A DNA stretch of 64,000 nt from Clostridiales bacterium (GTDB lineage Bacteria; Bacillota; Clostridia; Christensenellales; UBA1242): the NCBI GenBank assembly GCA_003522085.1, contig DPGI01000005.1, forward strand, positions 172,868 to 236,867, written 5' to 3'. Both the position numbers and the translations under genes were made by a program. Numbering within the stretch: position 1 is the stretch's first letter; the number at the start of each line of letters is the position of its first letter. Below, piece by piece: positions 36,601 to 44,734 of the stretch. Under the pieces are notes generated by a model. It was not told the origin of the DNA. It made no database searches and saw only the letters and a list, made by a program, of their open reading frames with translations.

Positions 36601-37100
36601 AGCACGCCCTTTAATATTATTACTGCGCTTTCACAAAACAGACTTAAAATTAAAAATGTCAGTGCAAAATTAAAAAGCAAAAATTTGGCGGAAATAGTTT
36701 TAGCTGTTGCCACGACCTGCTTTGAAAGGTCAAGATCGAATTGGTCGGTTTTGTATCCTTTAAACAGCGGATAGCTTTGGGCGATTTCTTTTAAGTAATC
36801 TTCTGGCGAAAAGCGCGCGATATGTTTAAAATACAGCAAATTTTCTTGCTGCGATTTATGCGTGCGACCAAAGCGGATGTGCTTTGCTGACAGCGCGATA
36901 AACGAATATAAAACTGACACCAAAGAAAAGATAATCGAAATTGCGCTAAGTGCGTTGACAAGCGGCTTTGACGAGTCGAGATAGGTTGCAGAAAAAACAG
37001 TCAATGCAGAAGCCAGAGTGATTGAAATAGAGTGCTTTGTTTCTGCGTATTTTAACTGCTCTTCAAGGCGATCAAAAATGTATTTTAGAGTTTGTTTCAT
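36597..37100 (-). CDS. three-TM membrane protein (resembles DUF5706/Pycsar-effector-type TM module, unverified)
   Basis: 167 aa. Helix with LKYAETKHSISITL, then two TM helices, a soluble stretch, and a third TM helix. Confidence 0.5.
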   Translation of the reverse strand: MKQTLKYIFDRLEEQLKYAETKHSISITLASALTVFSATYLDSSKPLVNALSAISIIFSLVSVLYSFIALSAKHIRFGRTHKSQQENLLYFKHIARFSPEDYLKEIAQSYPLFKGYKTDQFDLDLSKQVVATAKTISAKFLLFNFALTFLILSLFCESAVIILKGVL

Positions 37101-37119
37101 TAAAACAAATAATTGACAA

Positions 37120-37968
37120 TTATTTAAAATTTAATTCTTTAATTTGAATTGTCAGCGGATGATTTTTACACAATTTAATAACATTGTTTTCTGTCATAAT
37201 TTTTGTTTGTCCAGATGAAAAATTGACATAAAAAATAGTGAATTTTCGGCTGTCAATTGCGCCAAAAAGTTGTGAAAGCGTGGCAGTGTCATCGACATAA
37301 ACACTTTTGACGGAAGAAAGATTTTTTATCTTTTTGTTTAGCACGTCAACGCGCTCATACTTGCCTTCAAACTTTGAATCCAATATGCCGCAAAGCAAAA
37401 AGAATATCATCATAACAAAAGTCGGATTGTAAGAATAAAAGCACGAAATCACAAAGCATGCAGCAAATATTATACAAAAAACAATATTAAAAATTATGCT
37501 TATTTTTAACGCTGTTTTACGAGTTGTTTTTTCGCTTAAAAGTGCGACAAAGGCTCGACCACCATCAAGCGGATAAGCTGGCAAAAGGTTGAACAAACCT
37601 ATAAAAAGGCTGCATTCGAAGATTGAATTTGTGTAACAATATACTCCCGGTGCAATCCACCACAATGCCAGCAAAAACACGCATAAAATCATGTTTGCAA
37701 GCGGGCCCGCAAGGGCGATTAACATTTCATCTTTAAATGAAAATTTTTCGTCTTTATAACTTAACTGTGCTCCGTATGGAGCAAGATAAAAGCTTGTCAG
37801 GCGATAGCCTAATTTTTTGGCGGTAAAATAGTGCGCTAGTTCATGAAACAACACAACAAAAAACAACACAAAAAACTCTGTCGCCATGTCTGAGACAAAA
37901 AACCACAGCGCAAGCAGAAAAAACGTGGGATGAATAGGGACTTTTTTAGCTATATTCAATATCCGCAT
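37120..37968 (-). CDS. spoIVFB: M50 site-2 protease, SpoIVFB-like
   Basis: HELAHY and NLLPAYPLDGGR motifs plus a CBS-like C-terminus. 282 aa. A sigma-E type promoter lies upstream. Confidence 0.6.
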   Translation of the reverse strand: MRILNIAKKVPIHPTFFLLALWFFVSDMATEFFVLFFVVLFHELAHYFTAKKLGYRLTSFYLAPYGAQLSYKDEKFSFKDEMLIALAGPLANMILCVFLLALWWIAPGVYCYTNSIFECSLFIGLFNLLPAYPLDGGRAFVALLSEKTTRKTALKISIIFNIVFCIIFAACFVISCFYSYNPTFVMMIFFLLCGILDSKFEGKYERVDVLNKKIKNLSSVKSVYVDDTATLSQLFGAIDSRKFTIFYVNFSSGQTKIMTENNVIKLCKNHPLTIQIKELNFK

Positions 37969-38074
37969 ATGCTCATCACTGCAAGCACGATTAAAGCAAC
38001 AGCGTTTGATATTATAAGCAGCAACAGGGCTTTTTGAATGCTTAGATGTCTTTTAAATTTAACTTTCATAACTT

Positions 38075-38103
38075 AATTTATGCGACAAAATTCGAGCATA
38101 TGA
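38075..38103 (-). promoter_or_regulatory. sigma-E type promoter candidate
   Basis: TCATATG-14 nt-CATAAATT compared with ZHATAXX-14-CATACAHT (6/7 and 7/8 matches). Confidence 0.45.
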
Positions 38104-38200
38104 CAAGGGGCACGCACGCGCGCTTGGGGCACGCGTAGAGCGGGCAGGCAGCCAAGCACGCCGCTTTGCCGCCACGCCACTTTTGTGGCGGCGGGGCGGC

Positions 38201-38232
38201 AAAAAAAGCGCCAACCAAGAATTGGTTGGTGC
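38201..38232 (-). terminator. rho-independent terminator after scpB
   Basis: GCACCAACCAA-TTC-TTGGTTGGCGC followed by TTTTTTT. Confidence 0.8.
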
Positions 38233-38316
38233 TTTGTGCGCGCCCATATTCAAAAACTACGATTTAATCTCGCTCCTTCCCTAACCCTTCAATTAAAACG
38301 TCCAATTTTTCACTTT

Positions 38317-38994
38317 CTATTCGGCTTCTTCGTCTCCGCTAACAGTGAAAAATTCTTCTCCTTCTTCTGCATTTGGAAGGGGCAATTCGTCTTCAAACTT
38401 AAAGTCATCAACGTTTTTAAAGAGAGAATCAGATTGAGGTTGTTCTGATTCGTCAAGCACTTTAATTCTTTCCATAAGTTCGCTGTAATCTGGAAGATCT
38501 TCAACGCTTGAAATATTAAATCTCTTTAAAAAGTCTTCGGTTGTTCCAAAAAGAAGAGGTCTGCCGACAGCGTCTTTTCTGCCGACAATTTCAATCATGT
38601 TTTGGTCGAGAAGAGCTTGTGTGGCATAGTCGCAATTTACTCTTCTGATGTCTTCAATTTCAAGTTTTGTCACAGGTTGTTTGTATGCAATTATAGCAAG
38701 AGTTTCAAGTGCTGCACGAGTGAGTGATTTTTCGCGAACAGGACTTAAAACATCTGATATGTAATCAGCAAAATTAGGATTTGAAGAAAGTTGAATTTTG
38801 TTTTTATAGCGAATCAAATGCAAGCCGTTATCCCCTGAACATTCTTCTTCAAGAGCACAAACGGCTTTTTCAAGTTCTTTCATAGTGATGTCTAATTTTT
38901 CTGCGAGGTATTCTTTTTCGACTCCTTCGCCAGCGACAAAAAGAATGCTTCTCAAAACTTCTTTTAAGTTGTATTTTGTATCTATGGTGCTCAT
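38317..38994 (-). CDS. scpB: segregation and condensation protein B
   Basis: The ILFVAGEGV pattern and two winged-helix repeats. Acidic tail. Confidence 0.88.
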   Translation of the reverse strand: MSTIDTKYNLKEVLRSILFVAGEGVEKEYLAEKLDITMKELEKAVCALEEECSGDNGLHLIRYKNKIQLSSNPNFADYISDVLSPVREKSLTRAALETLAIIAYKQPVTKLEIEDIRRVNCDYATQALLDQNMIEIVGRKDAVGRPLLFGTTEDFLKRFNISSVEDLPDYSELMERIKVLDESEQPQSDSLFKNVDDFKFEDELPLPNAEEGEEFFTVSGDEEAE

Positions 38995-39746
38995 GCCCCC
39001 TCCTCATTTGAAATGATATGTATTTTATTGAAAAGTCCGTTTTGTTCAACTTTGATGTTTTGAAGTTTTAAAAGTTCTAAAAGCGCAAGAAAAACGTTTA
39101 TCATTTCACTTTTTGTCATATCGTTGCTGAACAAATCTTCAAAGTCAAAGCGTTTGTGCTCGCGTGAATAGTTGCGAATTGAAACAACTTTTTCAGCCAC
39201 TGTAAATCTGTCTTTTAATACAGTTTTTGGTGCAGGTGCTTCTTTTGGTTTTAGGCTTGCACGCGCTATGATTCCAGCAAACGCATCCAGCAGTTTATCA
39301 AGAACCATGTCTTTGACAACAATTTTAACCTTTTCGGTTTCTTCGCCTGGAGCACGATAGAATTTGTTGATGTCTTCACGCTCTTTAAGCCCTACTCCGA
39401 TTTCTTTGAAAAGTTCGTATTCTTTAAGTCTTCTTAAAAGCAACGCTTCGCTGTCTTCTTCTTCGTCCTCTTCTTCGGTTACAACAGGAAGCAGATATTT
39501 TGATTTGATTTCAATTAAAGTTGCGGCCACGGTTATAAACTCGCTTGCTCTTTCCATATCAAGCGAAGAGATGTCTTTCATGTAGTCAAGATATTGCTCG
39601 GTGATGTCAGCAAGTTTAACTTCCATAATATCCATTTTTGAGGACTTTATAAGGTGCAACAAAAGATCGAGTGGCCCCTCGAAGTTTTCAAGTTTAAATC
39701 TTACTCGGTCGTCAAGAAAATTTAGTTGTTCTGATTCGTTTTCCAT
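38991..39746 (-). CDS. scpA: segregation and condensation protein A (kleisin)
   Basis: FEGPLDLLLHLI motif. Start taken at MENESEQ. Confidence 0.88.
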   Translation of the reverse strand: MENESEQLNFLDDRVRFKLENFEGPLDLLLHLIKSSKMDIMEVKLADITEQYLDYMKDISSLDMERASEFITVAATLIEIKSKYLLPVVTEEEDEEEDSEALLLRRLKEYELFKEIGVGLKEREDINKFYRAPGEETEKVKIVVKDMVLDKLLDAFAGIIARASLKPKEAPAPKTVLKDRFTVAEKVVSIRNYSREHKRFDFEDLFSNDMTKSEMINVFLALLELLKLQNIKVEQNGLFNKIHIISNEEGA

Positions 39747-40417
39747 TAAAATAATCCCCAAAATTTTGTCATAAGAGTTTGAATCCCGCCAACTGCATAA
39801 TAGTAGACAATGTCAAAAATTGGCAAGATGATGATTATCAGCAAAATCAAGTTTCCATATCTATACATAAACTGAGCAAACTTGTTGTCAGGTCGCATAA
39901 ACGACGTGAGATAATTAAATCCGTCAAGCGGATAGATTGGAAGAATGTTGAATAATGCAAGCGATAGATTTAGGCTCATTGAAAGATACAGGAAGAAATA
40001 CACAAAAACTTGCAGCATTTTGTTTAGATTTAGAAGCGGCGTGATAAAGTGAAACATGCAACTAAAAATTATAAAAAGCACAAAGTTTGTTATGATTCCT
40101 GCAGATGAGACAAGCCTGATTCCCCTTTTGTAGTTGCGAAATTGCAGCGGATTAACAGGAACAGGTTTTGCCCAGCCAAATCCCACAAGCAAAAACGACA
40201 ATGCGCCAAACTTGTCGATATGTTTAAAAGGATTTAGGCTTATTCTGCCCGCGGATTCAGCTGTTTTATCGCCGCACCATTTTGCAGTGATGGCGTGCGC
40301 GAACTCATGTGAAGAAAAAGCCAAGGCGATTGCTAAAAAATATGCAAGCATTAGCGCCAAAAACTCCCAGCCAGTTAAATCCAATGTGAACAGATAATAA
40401 ATCATACGCAGTGCCAT
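39746..40417 (-). CDS. M50 family site-2 protease-like membrane metalloprotease
   Basis: HEFAHA and NILPIYPLDG motifs. The true start is uncertain (40417 or 40405). The track start at 40555 is a TTG. Confidence 0.7.
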   Translation of the reverse strand: MALRMIYYLFTLDLTGWEFLALMLAYFLAIALAFSSHEFAHAITAKWCGDKTAESAGRISLNPFKHIDKFGALSFLLVGFGWAKPVPVNPLQFRNYKRGIRLVSSAGIITNFVLFIIFSCMFHFITPLLNLNKMLQVFVYFFLYLSMSLNLSLALFNILPIYPLDGFNYLTSFMRPDNKFAQFMYRYGNLILLIIIILPIFDIVYYYAVGGIQTLMTKFWGLF

Positions 40418-40573
40418 TATAACAAAAATAAGAAAATTTGACAAGAAAAACAAAACATAAAATAAATTTAAAAAAATGAAAAATGTCGAATAGCTCTTTT
40501 TTGTTTGTTTTTGGACTATTCGACATATTTTTATGCAAGTTTTAATTGAATTCAATTTTGCTTGTTTTTGTTT

Positions 40574-41725
40574 TTACCATTTTTCACCGATCAATCTTAC
40601 GCATTCAAAATATCCAACCTTTTTGACCGCGACTTTTGAGATTAAACTGACCGATTTTACAAGCACACCGTCCTTGTAGATTTCAGCAGTGCCGATGATT
40701 TGCCCTTCTTTTATTGGCGCTTTTACTGACGAAGGAAGTTTAAGTTCGACTTCATAACCATTTTCGCTTCCCTTTTTAATGAGTGCTGAATAGTTTTCTT
40801 GCGCATAAACTTCAATGTTGCCAGTTTGCCCTTTTGTCACAGCCAAAGTTGAAACTGGCGAAGACGAATCAATCAGATTTACGTTTTCAAAGTTTGCAAA
40901 ACCATAATTGAACAGTTGTGAGCATTCGTTAAAACGTGATTTAGAGTCTTTTGCGCCTACGATAACGCTTATAAGGCGCATATCTCCGCGCTTTGCTGTT
41001 GCTGAAAGACAGCAACCTGCTTCGTTAGTAGAACCTGTTTTTCCGCCGTCACAACCGTTGTAATATCTTACAAGTCTGTTTGTGTTGACAAGACCTGTTT
41101 TTCTGCCTGATGGGTGTTTTAATTCGTCCATCCAAATGCTTGAAAACTTGTGATAAACATCATGTGATGTCACTTGGCTAAGCACAAGTGCGCAGTCATA
41201 GGCCGATGAAAATCCTTCTGGAGCAGGCAAGCCTGTGCAGTTTACATAATTTGTGTCATACATGCCAAGTTCTTTAGCACGCTTGTTCATTCTTTTAACA
41301 AAAACTTCTTCACTGCCCGATATATGCTCGGCTAGTGCTACGCTTGCGTCATTTGCCGAAGAGATAATCACGCTTTTCAAAAGATCTTCGACACTGTATT
41401 CAACGTAGGGATCAATGAAAACTTGCGAACCACCCATACCCGAGGCATTTTCACTTGTTGTAACCATATCGGTCAGCGCAAGGTCACCAGAGTCAATGTC
41501 TTCAATTGTAAGCAAGATTGTCATCATTTTTACCATGCTGGCAACCGGCATTTTTTCGTGTGAATCTTTTTCAAAAAGCACTTCATGCGTTGCATAATCC
41601 ATCACAATCGCGCTTTTGCTGGATATGTCGGTCACGTCAGCATAACATACAGAATTTGACATAATACCACAACATGTTGATAGTATAATGGCAGACATAA
41701 TACTAAAAGCAAAAAATTTTTTCAT
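40574..41725 (-). CDS. D-alanyl-D-alanine carboxypeptidase (S11, DacB/DacF-like)
   Basis: Signal peptide, SMVKMMT (SxxK) and KTG motifs. Confidence 0.85.
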   Translation of the reverse strand: MKKFFAFSIMSAIILSTCCGIMSNSVCYADVTDISSKSAIVMDYATHEVLFEKDSHEKMPVASMVKMMTILLTIEDIDSGDLALTDMVTTSENASGMGGSQVFIDPYVEYSVEDLLKSVIISSANDASVALAEHISGSEEVFVKRMNKRAKELGMYDTNYVNCTGLPAPEGFSSAYDCALVLSQVTSHDVYHKFSSIWMDELKHPSGRKTGLVNTNRLVRYYNGCDGGKTGSTNEAGCCLSATAKRGDMRLISVIVGAKDSKSRFNECSQLFNYGFANFENVNLIDSSSPVSTLAVTKGQTGNIEVYAQENYSALIKKGSENGYEVELKLPSSVKAPIKEGQIIGTAEIYKDGVLVKSVSLISKVAVKKVGYFECVRLIGEKW

Positions 41726-41900
41726 TTTTTTAAACTCCTTGCTGATAGTGTTTTCAGAAAATTAAATTTTATTCTTCCCGCTTTAAACGCTAGGATAATG
41801 ACTAGAACCACTTAAAAATCGTGAAATAAGATTGTGTAAAAATGATAAAAGATAGAATTTAAGATTGAGTGAAAAGTATAAAGGTTAATCCTTATGAATT

Positions 41901-42503
41901 TTAAATTACCAAAATAATTTTCGGAGCAAAGACACACATAAGGATTGTTTCTATCAAATTCAAAATAAGAAGTAACACAAAAAAGATTGCAAATATTTTC
42001 GCCCTGCCACCTTTCTCCCCGAATCGCTTGCAGTTTGAGTGCGCTTTTGATATAAACGCAACATAAAGCGAAAGCAGAAAAAGCATGCTGATTTGACAAG
42101 GAAACACTATGAGTATTCCGTCAAGCAAACCCGACAGCCCAAAGCCTGCGCAAAGTGCGGAAAGATTGAAGCCGAGCAAATATCCGCGAAAACCTATAAT
42201 CAAAACTGCTATCGGCAATGTAAAAATGACGATTGTAAGCCCGTAACCTAGCCCCATTACCACCAAAATTGAAAATGTTCGTGATAAGAGGGCCGTTATA
42301 CCCGTCTTAACGCCCGTATAATCGAGCAAATACTCATCGCCCGGAAAACAACTAGGCGACGATATAAAAACGACTATTCCGGCGATAAAACACAGCAAAA
42401 CGATTATGAGCGTGATAATTGTTCTGCCTTTTGTTTGCTGAAACTGCGAAGACACGTTCATTTTCAGTCGCGAAAGCATAGATTTTGTTTTATATGACTG
42501 CAT
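41901..42503 (-). CDS. polytopic membrane protein, SpoIIM-like
   Basis: 200 aa. Topology and the LPIAVLIIGFRGYLLGF and VFPCQI segments resemble B. subtilis SpoIIM. Confidence 0.45.
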   Translation of the reverse strand: MQSYKTKSMLSRLKMNVSSQFQQTKGRTIITLIIVLLCFIAGIVVFISSPSCFPGDEYLLDYTGVKTGITALLSRTFSILVVMGLGYGLTIVIFTLPIAVLIIGFRGYLLGFNLSALCAGFGLSGLLDGILIVFPCQISMLFLLSLYVAFISKAHSNCKRFGEKGGRAKIFAIFFVLLLILNLIETILMCVFAPKIILVI

Positions 42504-42527
42504 ATCATAGTTTATTAAAGATTCGAC

Positions 42528-42556
42528 AAAAAAAGAACAAGCGAAAATGCTTGTTC
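42528..42556 (-). terminator. rho-independent terminator
   Basis: GAACAAGC-ATTTTC-GCTTGTTC followed by TTTTTTT. Confidence 0.75.
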
Positions 42557-42654
42557 GTGTGCGATTTCTGTTTGAAAACGCTGTTTTGTAGTTTATAAAA
42601 TGCTGATTTAGAAAAGATAGTTTAATTCATATGCTTTATTTTTTTCAAAGTCGT

Positions 42655-43857
42655 TTAGAAAAGGCGTTGAAGTTCTTCAGCTACGGCTTTTGCATGTTCG
42701 TAGGTTAACGCGCCTTGGAAATATGCTACATATGGTGGGCGGATTGGGCTGTCGCAACTCATTTCGATGCTTGCTCCCCCTACAAATGTGCCGGCTGCCA
42801 TGATTACTTGGTCTTCATAACCTGGCATATCCCATGGAACAGGTGTTACAAACGAGTCAACAGGCGAATATTTTTGCACTGTTTGAACAAATTTGATTAA
42901 ACCTTCTTCGTTTCCGATAAAAATGCTTCTGATTATGTCACTTGACTTTTCTGCGGTTGACGGAACAGCCTTGTAGCCTTTTTCTTCCATCACTTTACCA
43001 ATTAAAAGCGAGCCTTTTATTGCCTGTGCGACAACGTGTGGTGCCATAAACAGACCTTGATAGAAGAGTCTGTAACCCATTTCAAATGAGCCCACTTCCA
43101 TTCCGAGTGATGGGCACGTAAAACGTTTTTCGATTAGGCTGATTGCCTTTTCGCTGCCCACGATGTAGCCGCCTGTTGGAGCAAGTCCGCCACCGGCATT
43201 TTTTATAAGCGAACCCATAATGACGTCGGCGCCGACTTGGGTCGGTTCTTTTTCTTCAACAAACTCGCCATAACAGTTGTCGACAACGACAAAACTGTTT
43301 GGACTGAGTTTTTTAACAAACTGAGCCGCATGTCCAATTTCGTCGACGGTGAGCGCTTTACGGGTTGAATAGCCACGAGAACGTTGGATAAAAACTACTT
43401 TTGGTTTAAACTTTTTAACTGCTTTTTCGATTTTTGCAAAGTCAAATTCGTCGCCTTTAAGATCAATTTTTTCATATCTAACGCCAAAATCTTCAAGGCT
43501 GCCATTATCTTTGCCAAGAAGAGTTTCTTCAAGCGTGTCATAAAGGTCACCACTGATTGACAAGAGCACGTCTTTGGGACGAAGTAGCCCATAAAGTGCA
43601 GTTGATATTGTGTGTGTGCCGCAAGTGAGAAGCGGGCTTACAAGCCCTTTTTCGGCGCCAAAAACCTTGGCAAAGAGCGCGCAAAGTGTGTCTCTTCCCT
43701 TATCATCATAGCCATAGCCAGTCGTGCCGGCAAACATATTTGTGCTTATACGGCATGAGCGGAAGGCGTCGATTACTTTTTTCTGATTGTAAAAACTTAT
43801 TTCGTCAACTTGTTTAAATTGCTCAGCAAGTGACTTTTCAATTTCGGTTATTGTCAT
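42655..43857 (-). CDS. methionine gamma-lyase-family PLP protein (YnbB / aluminium-resistance family)
   Basis: 400 aa. Contains GTTGYGYDDKGRD. Lies downstream of miaA, as in many Firmicutes. Confidence 0.7.
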   Translation of the reverse strand: MTITEIEKSLAEQFKQVDEISFYNQKKVIDAFRSCRISTNMFAGTTGYGYDDKGRDTLCALFAKVFGAEKGLVSPLLTCGTHTISTALYGLLRPKDVLLSISGDLYDTLEETLLGKDNGSLEDFGVRYEKIDLKGDEFDFAKIEKAVKKFKPKVVFIQRSRGYSTRKALTVDEIGHAAQFVKKLSPNSFVVVDNCYGEFVEEKEPTQVGADVIMGSLIKNAGGGLAPTGGYIVGSEKAISLIEKRFTCPSLGMEVGSFEMGYRLFYQGLFMAPHVVAQAIKGSLLIGKVMEEKGYKAVPSTAEKSSDIIRSIFIGNEEGLIKFVQTVQKYSPVDSFVTPVPWDMPGYEDQVIMAAGTFVGGASIEMSCDSPIRPPYVAYFQGALTYEHAKAVAEELQRLF

Positions 43858-44734
43858 AAAAATCCCTCACATACTGCATAATAGCAGTTTCGTCGTTTTT
43901 ATCAAACATTCTTATTTTCATTCCACGCAAGAATGTCATCTGTCTTTTCGCGTAGTTGCGTGAATGTTGTTTTATAAGTTCGATTGCTTTTTCAAGCGTT
44001 GTTTGACCACTTAAATAGTCAAGCATCTCTTTGTAACCAATCGCTTTCATCGACTGATTTTCTTTTGTTAAGCCGCGATTTTGCAGTGATTTCACTTCGT
44101 TTTCAAGGCCCTCTGATATCATTATGTCGACACGCTTGTTGATGCGGTCATACAAGGGCTGGCGATCTAATGTTATTGCCATTGTCAAAAATTCAATGCC
44201 ACAGCAACCATGAGATTGTGGTTGGATGCCGAACGATGCAATTTCAATGGCGCGGATGAGTTTTTTCTTGTCATTTGGCGAAATTTCTTGCGCGCGAAGT
44301 GGGTTAAGTTGCGATAGTTTTTCGTGCAACTGCTCGCCCGAAAGCGTCCAAAGTTCGTCGCGGAAGGCTTGATTTTTGCCACTACCGCCAAAATCATAAC
44401 CTTCAATGAGCGCTTTGACATAGAGCCCCGTTCCGCCAACAATGATTGGCAGGTGGCCGCGTGCGGTTATTTCGCGAATTAGTTTTTTTGTTAACTCCAC
44501 ATATTCATAAACTGAAAATTCGGCATCTGCTGGCAAAATGTCGATGCAATGATGGAGAATCCCCTGCATTTCGTTTGGCATAACTTTGGCTGAACCAATG
44601 TCGAGCCCTTTATAAATTTGAACGCTGTCAGCAGAGATTATTTCACCGTCAAAAGTTTTGGCGATCTTGATTGCAAGGTCGCTTTTCCCTACTCCCGTTG
44701 GCCCTAAAATTATCACTGCTTTTGGTTTTGTCAT
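43838..44734 (-). CDS. miaA: tRNA dimethylallyltransferase
   Basis: P-loop GPTGVGKSDLA. 298 aa. Confidence 0.93.
   Translation of the reverse strand: MTKPKAVIILGPTGVGKSDLAIKIAKTFDGEIISADSVQIYKGLDIGSAKVMPNEMQGILHHCIDILPADAEFSVYEYVELTKKLIREITARGHLPIIVGGTGLYVKALIEGYDFGGSGKNQAFRDELWTLSGEQLHEKLSQLNPLRAQEISPNDKKKLIRAIEIASFGIQPQSHGCCGIEFLTMAITLDRQPLYDRINKRVDIMISEGLENEVKSLQNRGLTKENQSMKAIGYKEMLDYLSGQTTLEKAIELIKQHSRNYAKRQMTFLRGMKIRMFDKNDETAIMQYVRDFYDNNRN

Noticed and set aside
34332-37100. A Pycsar/CBASS-like anti-phage system (cyclase plus TM effector).
   Set aside because: The cyclase is a large membrane HAMP sensor type rather than a compact defence cyclase. The genes are separated by an opposite-strand gene. 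The TM protein lies 20 nt downstream of the spoIVFB-like gene on the same strand and may share its transcript, and its similarity to DUF5706 is only an impression. This is kept as a low-confidence note under the findings.
38059-38253. 64-aa Arg/Ala-rich ORF in the GC-rich island.
   Set aside because: It spans the scpB terminator hairpin and has no RBS. Its composition is simply a translation of GC-rich non-coding DNA.
40305-40538. 77-aa minus-strand ORF upstream of, and overlapping, the M50 protease gene.
   Set aside because: It is out of frame with the protease. It is a hydrophobic, AT-driven ORF without an RBS. A promoter-like TTGTCA-17-TATAAT lies inside it.
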